Source of the DNA: Botryllus schlosseri
Lineage: Eukaryota
DNA length: 64,000 bases
Assembly: GCA_051294905.1 (NCBI GenBank)
Contig: CM119383.1
Location: 7,874,001-7,938,000, forward strand
Direction of reading: 5' to 3'
Part shown: positions 1 through 11,704 of the stretch, one piece after another
Layout: every line of letters begins with the position of its first letter
How positions within the stretch are numbered: position 1 is the first letter of the stretch
Position numbers and translations under genes: made by a program
Notes under the pieces: generated by a model
What the model saw: only the letters and a program-made list of their open reading frames with translations
Told to the model about the DNA's origin: nothing
The model's database searches: none

Positions 1-3000
1 GTTTGCGAAACGGACAAATTGTGCTTGTTCGACCCAATGATTATTGGATGGTCAATGCACAAGCGCATGAAAGCGAGGTTCGATTCTTGAAAGTCGTTTC
101 GGATGCCATGCCAATCGAAGGTGCGTGAATACATATGTTTTAGTAAAGCAATTTTGCCATGAAGATTAGGGCCCTTCAAAAATGACTTTTTTCTCAAATC
201 GTACTGGCTACTTGATAAAATTGTTAGGTTATCTAATTTAAGCCTACACACAAAACTTGGTTCAATTCTAGCCAGTAACCGCTTTGCTACAGGAGAAGTA
301 AGTTTCTATTTATTATATAAAAATAATTAATAAAAAATTTGAAAGTTTTCTGTTCACCCCATGAAAGTGTTAGGCTGTCTATAGAAACGATGCGCACCAA
401 ATTTGATTCAATTCCAAGTTCCAATCAGTGGAAGCGGAGTTATTGCCGTCGAAAAATTTGGATTTGAATAAAATAGTATTTACGGTGACCGATTCTTTGT
501 TTATTTATTACGGTTGTGCTCACCGTAAATACTATTTTATTCAAATAAAAAAATTCGACGGCAATACCTCCTCTTCCACTGGTTGGAATTGAACCAAATT
601 ATGTGTGTAGGCTTAAATTAGGTAACCTAACAATTTTATCAAGTAGCCAGTACGATTTGAGAAAAAAGTCATTTTTGAAGAGCCCTAATGTTCATATTGT
701 AATCCATGCGATTTGGGTGTTGACTACTGTGCAACTTTTTTAAGGGGTAATATCGGTAGTAAGTATGGTAACCCGTTTCGCACTCCACTCAATACCAATA
801 TACCGAGTCAGACGCCCAAAGCATTGCCATTCTGGCCCAGACCGTTATGGCGTAAGCTTCTATTCCTTTGCTAGTACTCGTCGAAGTTGTTTGCAAAGTC
901 GCGGAAGATATTGATTTTATGGGATTATTGTTACATTTGATTGCTCCAGTTGATACATTAAGTGACGTTTAAAAAACCAGCATGTATGTCAGCATTGTGG
1001 CATAATGTGACCTGAGACGCCGCTAGGTATCTTGTACATCACTTCACTGAAATGTAGGGTTTAAATTGGCAATATGACGTCACGCGACGTCATAGGTTCA
1101 CGTTCGCGTTCGCGTTCGCACAGAACCTTTCTAAAAGGTTCGCGTTCACACGAACCTGAACCTTTCAAGGGTTCGCACCATCCCTCTATTCAAGTAGGCC
1201 TATAAAAGTCGTAGTTCATCTATAAAATAGTGAATAGTCGTTTCTTTTTATAGCAATCTTGTGTTGATTTGAACTGATGAAAATTAATTAACGAATACGT
1301 GGCTCGTATTCGTATTCGTGAATATTGAAGGATGTTCAAAATCCCGTGACTTAAGCCGAATCTGATTGTTATAAATCTCAAGTTAAAATCCAAACCCATT
1401 CAACTATACCTAAGAGTTGCATCATCATCATTGGTTTATTAGCAATTTCGAACAAAAACCAAATATGAAACAAACATCTTTAAAACATGACTTTATTGTG
1501 TGAGCTTTTTAACCATTACGTCACCAATCCTCAATTGTGACGTACCATTTCGTACCATTGATCTATACCTTCATGCTATAATCCAGGGGCGGGCAACATA
1601 AGGCCCGTGACGGGATTTTGTCCGGCCCGCAGACAGTTTCCCGTCTTTCATGATAATGTGGCCTGCGGCCCCAGTCTGCCGAGATTTCCCACTATATACT
1701 TGCGCAAACGTCAAATTTTAGTGACTACTTGATAAAATTGCTAGGTTGCCTAATTTAAGGCTACACACCAATTTTGGTTCAATTCCAACCAGTAGCCGCA
1801 TTGCTACAGGAGAAAAAGTTTCTATTTATTATATAAAAATCAATAGAAAATATTTTCAAAATTTTCTGTTCACTCCATGAAAGTGTTAGGTTGTCTATAG
1901 AAAAGATGTTCTGCAAATTTCACCCAATTTCAACAGGTGGAAGCGGAGTTATTGCAGTCGAAAAATTTGGATTCGAATAAAATTGTATTCACGGCGGGCA
2001 CAACTACAATAAATGATTGAAGAATTGGTCACCGAAAATTAACTGCTATTTTATTAAATTCCAAATTTTTCGACGGCAGTAACTCGCTTCCACATGGTCG
2101 GAATTCAGTTAAATTTGGTGAACATCGTTTCTATAAACAACCTTACACTTTGATGGGGTGAACAGAAAATTTTGGATTTTTTTTCATTAGTTTTTATATA
2201 ATAAATAGAAACAACTTTCTTCTCCTGTAGCAATGCAGTTACTGGTTGGAATTGAACTAAATTTGGTGTGTATGCTTAAATTACGCAACCTAACAATTTT
2301 ATCAAGTAGCCAGTACAATTTAGGAAAAAAGTCATTTTTGAACAACCCTAATGTAATAACGTAGCTGCAGTCACCAAAATTTGACGTTTGCGCAAGTATA
2401 TAGTGGGGAATCTCGGCAGACTGGGGCCGCAGGCCACACTATCATTATTTATCAAGTAGTCAGTACAAATTGAGAAAAAAAAAGTCATTTTTGTGAACAC
2501 CCCTATATTACATACGTGTGTGTGGTGTGCTGTGCAGCGTGCGAGAGTAGAGCTTACGCGTAAGTTCTTCGTAGCGAGAAGGCTTGCATTATCGGCATTA
2601 CCATGTAGGGCTGTAGGCCTACTCAACCCTAATGAATTGATATATTGGTAAATTGTGGGTATCGGGCTCATCCAACGCCTGGATTGCACCGTGTGTTAAT
2701 TGATCAGAGAGAAGCAGAGATGACGGAGATTCTGTGACAATGATGTTCTGAAATCTACATTGTTTTCGTCGTTATCGACGAGAAATGGATTTGAAATGAC
2801 ATTGATGTCGTTAAAATACGATTTATTCCTTGTGTGGATAAATGAGCGAATAATGTATCGATTCAGCAATCCGGCCCGCCAAGTCCTTAATTTTCCTATA
2901 TGCGCCACCGACTGCGGAAGTTGCCCGCCCCTGCGATAATCAAATGTTGAACCGACGAGGATTTTTAGGGCTCCGGCCACTCCGCATCGTATATGTCGTC

Positions 3001-6000
3001 TAAATTGCGCGCGAATCGTCCGCCCGCAGGCTCATACTATATGTTTTTCATAAGTATTTGCACAATTGTGTCATAATTAACACATTTTAAAGGTGTTTTT
3101 GAAACACTGTTTAAACATGTTTTAAAGAAGGTGTTTCATAACACCATTTCTTTTAAATGCAGTCCTAACTATATATGCCCAGTATCAAACAACGTAATTA
3201 TGCCGATAGGCAACAATTTAAAATCCAGCATGCGTATATTTGTACAGAAGAAGACGACTACAGCTGCCGGGACATGCTATTCAGCGTCAGTTCCCACAGC
3301 GTCAGAGTGTGGCAGATCGTTGTGGGAGATCTCAGCGAACTACCGGAAGATAACAAGAACGCGCTTCACCACGGAAAAATAGCGACAAAGCTCTTTCAGC
3401 TACAGCCCTTGAACAAACTATTCTTGCCGGCGCAAGCACTTCGTCCGAAGCTTGTGGCGGTCCTCCACGACCGGGTTTGCGCAGTAGGAGAGGATGATCA
3501 TATCACTGTAGTAATAGCGGAAGACAGGCGACAGTCGCGGTATTACCGCTTTGCCGACGACCACTTCATGCAGAAGTTTCAGCACCTCGACGATGCTAAG
3601 GTAAGTTTTTAACCTGACATAATTGAAGGTTTTGAAACTTAAGAGGCCAAATCTAAGGCATAAAGTCATGTTGTGGAATAAGCACTTGGAACATCGCAAA
3701 GTATGTGTCGATCAGACTGGGTACAAAAATCAATCTCGTGATAGTTAGAGGTGGTTAGTATTCATCCTTGGTACTCAAGTACACAAAAAGAAGTATCATA
3801 CCATCAAAAGAAGTATCATACCATTCTGATGCCAACATTCAGTTACAATTCAACATGTAGTATTATCAGTTTACGCGCGGCCTCGATCAATTAGGGAGAT
3901 TCGTCAGTGCACGCGACGCGATCTCCCGCTGAGATCATTGTGAAATCAGGTTATTGACTGCCGAGCGCTCGGCATTCATCGCTGGACTAAGTGGTAACTT
4001 AGCGCAACAATTTTGGAACACGAAAGACAGACAAGAAGTATGATTACAAATGCGTGCGTCCAATCAGTAATTATCTCTTGCCGCCAACACAATGGGCTTT
4101 ACTTAGTATTGAGTAGCTCGCGTGACAATTGGTTGCTGATTGAAACATCGATTTTGACTGCATTGCTGCATTTACCGATTTACGTTCGCAAATCATAATT
4201 GAATTAATATTATGGGCACTGGAATAAATTCCAACCACCGAGCACACAAAATAAAACACTGTTCAACTTTGCGCTCAGAGAATATTTATCACAAAAATGG
4301 TTAACAGAATACTTTAAACGCGGCTTGCTGCCCTAATCGATGGCAATATCGCACTTTAATTTGTAAAAGGTGAAAGTATATTTGGTCGTCAAATCGCGAT
4401 AGGTGTTTCTCGGGGCGCGCGTTTCTAGCAATGAGGTCGACAATTTACATCTCATAACGATCGTTAGTTAGCTGAGATCAGTATGAGTACGCTGTGTGAA
4501 ATACATAATAGTGAACAATTTTATCGGACTGTTCAATCGGCCGGCAATTAAGGTTGCGCTGATACCGAAATTCAGACATGCCGCAAACCCGCAATAATTA
4601 CGATTACAGGGTGCGCGAGTCATACCTAAATACCCAGATTCGGCAATGGCAACGAGCACAATTTGATTCGGCGCGGGCATAAGTTTTAATCTAAAAGATA
4701 CATAAACACAAACAATATTACACAGTATTAAACAGTATTATTGTTACTACTTGGCGAAAGTGTTTCTGCGGACGGTATCAGGCCTGCGTACGGGCGCGCT
4801 AAATCAAATCACCGACGATAGTTCACATTAGATATAGACGACCCATTTCGCATACAAATGATTCTCGCTAATTTGCAGTACGCAGCATCGATAATACGAA
4901 TTGTGAATTGACATTTCAAAAGGACGAGATTTTTAGTTTTAAATGAGAAGCCCACTGGCTACACACGTAGTGCTTTAATACCGACAACGTGCTGGTGAAT
5001 ATCAGCCCGGGACCCACGGCCTACGCATGTCCCGATCAGTCAGTCGAATTTGATCGTGAAATGGCACGATTTTAATTATCAAGGTGTTATTGCAGCAAGA
5101 GCAATATGGGCGCATGCCGCAACCTTATTACTGGGAATACAAATCCAGATGGTTTGATATTCGATCCGCGATATGGTTGCGCCCGATAGAGTCCGTCCAG
5201 CAATGAAGTTTATTGGGACATAGAAGCTAGGTTCCCGCTCAAACTAATCGAATAAATTCAGAATTTTCGCCAAAGAGAATCTCTTGTTGCATCAATATTT
5301 GACAACGTAATTTAACGCCATGTACTGCACAATGCGCAGTATTAATAAAAAACAAACACTGAGATGGAATGACCGTGAATCGTGTAAATATAACTTATAA
5401 TTCCTCAACATAGGATACGCCGTAAATCTTTGTATATGTAGTATTCACTTGTGCAGTTATTGGTGGCGTAGCCAGGGGCGAAAGGCGCCTTGTACCTCCC
5501 TAATTTTAAGCATTGTGTTGTAAAGTTATCAAGCATTTTTATCCCAAAATTGCAAGCCGCCCCTTCCAGATTTTCATCGTGGCTACACCTATACGTTTAT
5601 TGTCATATGGCCGATATGAGATAGAATTCAAAATGTCACTGAAAGCCGTAATTGAGCAGAGAGCGAGTCTGAAAACGGAGCAGAGTCACTTCTTCTCGCA
5701 AAACCCTGAAGATCGCCACGCCGGGCTGATCATGGCGCTAACCAGCTCCCCCACTCTTCGTTTCTTCGCGAGCTCGGGCGACGACGGACTGGTCAAGATA
5801 TGGGACGAAAAAAATCGGTATATAATGCTCAGTCTAAATCGAATCTACGGAAAACCGCATCTCCACAAATTTCGATGTAGACTTTTACGGGAACTAAGCT
5901 TCCTGCCAAACTCAATAAAGGCCATCTGTTTCGTGAACGATCGCGATCTGTTGGTGTCTCTGGACGGAAGAATTATGGCGGTTGAATGCTCGACGTTCTT

Positions 6001-9000
6001 GACAAGACAAATCATCGTCGACAGAGGAATTTCCGATTTGTACTTCGACGAGCTGCCGTGCGAGGACGCGCATCCTTACGACGACAACGTGTCCGTTGTG
6101 TCCACGGTCGGACTTCTCGGGACTGCGCCGCTGTGCGCTAATCAGAGAACTCGCGTCGACGATGACACGATGATAAAGCGAGCAAGGTTAGGATTGAACA
6201 TCACATTTTACCCGTAGTCATCGTTGGTACTCACGTATTGTACTCGTTCTCATGTGGGTTATCGATGGTACTCGCGTATAGGTAAATTCGGCATTTGGCG
6301 GCCGCTTATCCCAATCCTAACCTATTCTCTACCCCAAACCTAACCTAACCCCAGCCCGAATACAACAACACGTACATACCAATAACTATAGGGTTGCATT
6401 TGAAACAAAAATCAATTTGAAACAAACATGTATAGAACAAGGCCGTTGTTTAAAACATGATTTTATTAAACCGTAGCGTCACGAATATTCAATTGTTACG
6501 GCATAGTGGAATATACGTATATACTATAGCTGTTGAAACGACTATTTTGAGGGTTCCAAACATCCCATATCGTATACGTCGCCTACATCGGGGGGGGGGG
6601 GCTAATCGTCCGTAGGCTCATACAACATGTTTTAAACAACCATTTGTTTCAAATTCAAATTCAACCCTACCAATAACCGCGTGTCGAATTCATTACGTAG
6701 AAGTCACCAATTGCCGTTTATCGGGGCGTTATGATGTATCCTAACGACTTTCTCTTAATATTATTCTGAAGGAAGTTAATAAGACGCCAGACGGACGAAA
6801 TCAGAAGAAGCTCGGAAGCTTTATCGAGAACCAGATCATCACACCTTGATCAATATATAAGAGGATTGGAAACGGCAATGAACGACAGTAGAAAGATGGC
6901 TACAGAACAAAGAGCATCGCGGGTAAGTTCCAAATATCCACATCTTGACATAAGAATCTAAATGTCGTTATCGTTACAGTTAGCAATAGTGGGCGAAGGA
7001 AGGAGAGAGGGTTACAAGAGAATGAGCTCTAAAATTCGAAGGAAATCGACCGCTTCGCTTTTTGATGAGGAAGAAGCGGCTAACACTATTATAAACCGCG
7101 AGAAAGTAACACAAGCGCCACATGATAGCGATCTTCCTCACTTTGAGGGTGGCGAAAAGGCTGCCAAATCGGATGCGAATACAACTGAGAAGGGCGACTC
7201 AAATCAAGGCAAACATGAAGACACCAAGCCAGCGGAAATATTGAGCAGTGGAGATCATATAAAACTAGCGACACAGCAAGCGAGATTCGTGATCCCATCT
7301 TACGGATACGTACCCAATTCGGTAGTGAGAAAGAAATCGAAACCGCCATCACCACCACCGGATGTTCAGGCGAAATGGTGGAAACCGCTTCCGGTAACAA
7401 CCGAACACTGGTTCAAGTGGGATAATTTCGATGACGACACAGTTTGGATGCCGGACCAGTACTCTTCCGATTCGGAATCCAGCCACTCTGAACACACCGG
7501 CATGATGACAGGATCTTTTGCGGAGGGCAGTAGCAATTACGCTTTGCTTCAACAATACTACGCGGAGCAGGAAGACGAATTGCTTACGGCCGAGCAAAAA
7601 CACGAGCGCGGTCGGTTTCGAGGCAGCACCGCTTACAGCATATCCTTCGACGAGGAAACGCCCGGTAAATACGCGGACGCTCTGAAAATGTTCCAGTCCA
7701 TGACGAAAAAGGAACGCGAACAGTACGAGAAGTACATGGAACAGAAAAAGGGTCATAGGTTGTCAGCCAAGCGGCTGTCCTTCCGTAAGCTCGGAAATAC
7801 GCTTCTAGGCAACGAACCTGCGGTCGTCACGAATCGCAGCCGAAAAGAGAGAGTTTTGAAATTCCGTCCGGTGGAAAGAGCCATCTACGGCGTGTCAGAT
7901 TACGAGAAAGGCAGCGTCGATCAGTCTGACGCGACATCTGAACTATCACCGTCTGCCTCCAAGTCCAACATTGAGGAGCGAGAGCCTGCCGCCGAGGTAC
8001 AAGCTAATCAAGAGCCGCCCAAACGTCCGCCTTTGCAGCTTACGAAGTCGGACATGAAAGCGAGACTGCTGCAGGAGAGGAGTGACGCGAAGTTGGCGCA
8101 GTCTAAACCCCAGACCGCGGCACATCCGCTGCTTCAGGTGACTATATTTCTGCTGTTTTGTGCATACCGTTAACATCAACTCTTATAGGAGAGAGAGAGG
8201 GATATTATGACATTGAATGCAATATAGCCTATTACAGAAAATACATAAACCAGTTTGGCCGCCCTTAACATAACATAACATAACATGGTTGGGTTATATT
8301 TTTATCTGAACAAGTCACACACAATGTACAATGCGATAAGACACAATGCGATGTGATGAACAGATAGGAGGATGTAGAACGACACGCATCAGTAGCGATC
8401 CTTTACTCTAACATCCACCTCGGCCTAGAGTGCCCGATGTCACAGTTCTTTTTCGATGTTGATCTCTTTGAAGCCGCGGCCCTTTCTACTAGTTCTTTTC
8501 CATTCATTGTGAGTGCTTTCTTTCGTCGGGTCTTTTTCTGGGCTTTTTTGTCGCCGTAAGAACGGCAACGGCAGGGGAAGAGGAGCCCAGATAAACCTCC
8601 GGCGGGAATCGAACGCGGTTCGCCTGCGCGCTGGGCGCTTATCGTAACCACTACACTATCTCCCCTTCCCGATTCGCATCAGTGGTTTTATCAAAATTCA
8701 GCTCGGTTGATTCAGGTCAATTGTGCTTTATATCAGTATTGCTGACAGCGCTGTCAACAAATATACTCGCTATCGCTCCGCCTTCCACAAACCCTTCCAG
8801 GACATGTACTTCGGAATGTAAACAGTTTCAGTCTGTTTTTTTTTAATAATCTATTTATACACGCCGAGTACGGTTTATTATATGCATGTATATTAGGGCT
8901 CTTCAAAAATGACTTTTTTTCTCAAATCGTACTGGCTACTTGATAAAATTGTTAGGTTACCTAATTTAAGCCTACACACAAATTTTGGTTCAATTCCAAC

Positions 9001-11116
9001 TAGTGGAAGCGGAGTTATTGCCGTCGAAAAATTTGGATTTGAATAAAATAGTATTTACGGAGACCGATTCTTTGTTTATTTATTGTAGTCGTGCTCACCG
9101 TAAATACTATTTTATTCAAATCCAAATTTTTCGACGGCAATAACTCCGCTTGCAATGGTTGGAATTGAACCAAATTTGGTGAGCATCGTTTCTATAGACA
9201 GCCTAACACTTTCATGGGGTAAACGGAAAATTTTCAAATTTTTTATTATTTATTTTTATATAATAACTAGAAACTTTCTTCTGTAGCAAAGCGGTTACTG
9301 ATTAGAATTGAACCAAATTTTGTGTGTGGGCTTAAATAAGGTAACGTAAAATTTTATCAAGTAGCCAGTACGATTTGAGAAAAAAAGTAATTTCTGAAGA
9401 GCCCTACTGTATATGGTCTTTCTCATAAATAATATATTAATTCTATTCTAAATGTTTTTCAAGATTATCATAGATTGAAAATATTAGTCAAATGTATCAT
9501 GAAGCTCTGTACCAGAGAGTCTGCTCAAATATTTTATTTTAGAAAATATCCACATCGCCATGGTTTCGAAGGAAACTCAGCACCGTGACTCCCCAGACGG
9601 TCGCCAACGCCCTGCTGGAAGTCGGAAACACCACCAGAACCGTGGGCCAGCAGAAAGCGTGCAACGATCTCACGACGCTAGTGCGCGAATTCAGCCCGCC
9701 GTGCGGCAAGACCGTGGCGGACCCCGGGGAATTTCTGAACCAGGAGACCATAGACCAAATCAACGTGTTCATCGCTTCTTATCTCAATCCGCGATACAGC
9801 TCTTCCGGGATATCGAGCGCGACGTCGATGGCGACAGAGCACGATGCCAAGAAGAATATTAACCGGGTTCAGTTGGCGCATAACGCCTTGGAGTGCGTCG
9901 AAAACGGTATCGGGATGTCAAAGGAAATCGAGTTGGGAATAATCAGGCTGGCTGCGGATGAGGACGTCGGGCTGCGCGAAAGGGCGATGAGGTATGCATA
10001 TCGACTCGACTTCGAGATGGTTTTACAAGTCGTATATAGGATGGCGCATACCGGATTTTTTATCGGCCAATAGCAAGCAACAACTTACGAAATTCGAGCC
10101 GTGACCCACATAGACAGATATAGCGTAGGGGTGCGTTCCGCACTACAAACTTACCACCTAAGTGTTGGATGTCTATGTCTATCTTTATAGGCTCCTCCTC
10201 GCCTTTCGATCGGCATAAGAGGCGTTTTACAAAAACCTAGAACCGGTAGTGGCCCGTGCTATACATGCCGGCAGCTCAGGAATTATAATAAAGCAATATT
10301 GGACTGATAGAATATGACCATGACCATGACCAGTGTAGTCGGACCGCCATGAACCTTAAAACAGCAACAAACAACCATACAGATTGAATCTTTTAATAAT
10401 ATGCGTAATTCAGGAACATGTATATTGTATAAGCCGAACGATTGTGACGATTTCACCTATCGTAGAAATTATGAAATTTTATCCTGAATCGAAATTTAGT
10501 TAGGTCGAAGTAATATGGATGATTGGCCTAATGGCCAATGGTCATGGTTCTGATCGGTGGATGTAGCTCGCGTCACAGAAATATCAAAATATAATCGGGT
10601 AGTTTGAAACGGCATTCGGAGTTGGTGACAGCATCAATATGATGACATTTATGTAGCTAAGCAATTCTAGCAATGGCAAGACGTCGCAGATGATTAGGGA
10701 CTTGACCGAGGTTTAAGTGATCCCACTATACTACAATTTACAATCGCGATAAACAGTGCCTTTAAATGTAATCAGCGTCATTAGTTTCGAGACGATATTT
10801 TACTGGAATACACGCAGCCTTCGCGACATACAATCGCAGGCTCACAAATTATCCATGTGACGAATACACTGCAGTTTGATCACCGTGCGCGTTAATAGAT
10901 ATCGATTGTTCGAATGTATGGTTCAGGTTATTGAAAGAGCGATTAAACATCAATTCCTTTGACGAACTTACGGAACGTCTTGAAGTTATTCTGGATCGTC
11001 CGCTCGTTCTACAGGTCGAGTCGTCCATCAAATTTGAGGGCGACGCACTGGGATATGCTCTGCAAAAAATAAAACAGGTGAAGTTAAATCTTGCTCACGT
11101 TTGGCGATTATTTTAG
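1..11116 (+). CDS. Large WD40-repeat protein, WDR97/WDR87-like (5' part outside the window; 3' end ambiguous)
   Basis: Phase-consistent GT-AG exons: <1-120, 3248-3600, ~5660-5817, 5881-6186, 6772-6922, 6980-8137, 9543-9991, 10927-11116 (or donor after 11077). Joining the first two exons completes a WD40 repeat (AHESEVRFLKVV...DMLFSVSSHSVRVWQI). The next repeat is HAGLIMALTSSPTLRFFASSGDDGLVKIWDEKNRLLREL. An acidic/low-complexity middle and a helical C-terminus (LRERAMRLLKERL) follow. AATAAA at 11523. The subfamily is from recall only. Confidence 0.7.
169..685. mobile_element. Foldback MITE family A, copy 1
   Basis: Termini GGGCCCTTCAAAAATGACTTTT / AAAAGTCATTTTTGAAGAGCCC flanked by TA on both sides. 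Long internal inverted repeats. Highly similar to 1727-2348 and 8896-9404. Confidence 0.85.
1584..2933. mobile_element. Non-autonomous hAT element containing a nested, rearranged MITE-A
   Basis: Perfect 14-bp TIR CAGGGGCGGGCAAC (1584-1597) / GTTGCCCGCCCCTG (2920-2933). Flanks ctataatc / cgataatc match 7 of 8 bp as a TSD. Subterminal cggcccgc motifs. Confidence 0.85.
1727..2348. mobile_element. MITE family A, copy 2 (left terminus missing; extra right-terminus copy at ~2446-2503)
   Basis: Same internal sequence as 169-685 (ctacttgataaaattg...aaagtcatttttgaacaaccc-TA). Confidence 0.8.
5463..5590. mobile_element. Small MITE remnant
   Basis: Degenerate inverted ends gtggcgtagcca ... tggctacacc. 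Confidence 0.4.
6389..6669. mobile_element. hAT-like MITE
   Basis: Inverted ends TAGGGTTGCATTTGAAACAAA / TTTGTTTCAAATTCAAATTCAACCCTA. The sequence ccaataac is present on both sides (offset by 2 nt on the left). Confidence 0.6.
8266..8670 (-). mobile_element. tRNA-derived SINE (~400 bp) with (TGTTA)n tail
   Basis: On the minus strand: A box TAGTGTAGTGG (8648-8658) and B box GTTCGATTCC (8605-8614) at tRNA-like spacing. A ~310-bp body follows with no T4 terminator. The tail is ATGTTATGTTATGTTATGTTA (8266-8286). Confidence 0.75.
8896..9404. mobile_element. Foldback MITE family A, copy 3
   Basis: TA-GGGCTCTTCAAAAATGACTTTT ... TTTCTGAAGAGCCC-TA. Near-identical to 169-685. Confidence 0.85.
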
Positions 11117-11704
11117 GCAACGTCACACTATGACTATATTTATGTAACGTAATTTTAATACGGAAATATTCGTTCTATATTACCTCTTTGTGGTTACGTC
11201 TAATCTGGGATGAAGCCATGGCTTCATTTGTTTGGGTGGCGAAGGTACCATATCGTATTGATCGCAGTGAACGCACTTAGGCAAGCATAAGCCTGCGAAC
11301 CTATATGCAAATGCAGTGTACCCGATCCCCATGCTGGTAAAATCCACATAAATATACTGTAACAAATGCACATCTTTAAAATCGTGAATGCGGGGCTCCG
11401 GTGTATAATGTATATGTATATCATCTGATTTCTAAATGATTTGAAAGGCCATACGGGCGTGTCTCTGTGTAACAAACCAACCTAGTTTCTCAACACTAAA
11501 GGAATGGCCGCATCCATATAGCAATAAATCTGAGCAACAAAGTATTTCACATTAGCCAACGCGCTCTGTGAGCGAGCTACAGCTTCTCCACTCCACACGA
11601 AATGAGCCGTTGTATATAGAAGTAAATCCGACAAATAGCAATCAATACTTAATAGTTCATTTCCTCGTTTTAAGGGTGCCTTCACGTTAGCCAACGCGCC
11701 TAAA

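Noticed and set aside
3175-3612. ORF-track start at ATG 3175 as the start of a gene
   Set aside because: The coding exon begins at the acceptor at 3247, which is phase-matched to exon 1-120 and completes a WD40 repeat. The upstream codons are intronic.
6322-6352. Telomere-like cctaac repeats
   Set aside because: Only a few degenerate units within a repeat-derived intron segment; not a TTAGGG array.
7089-7756. Antisense ORFs over coding exons (also 11482-12078, 22930-23211, 41905-42261, 55298-55570)
   Set aside because: These are shadows of the real exons on the opposite strand, with no independent motifs.
8596-8670. tRNA gene
   Set aside because: It has A and B boxes but I could not form a proper acceptor stem or anticodon arm. 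It continues into a 310-bp body and a simple-repeat tail, so it is called a SINE head.
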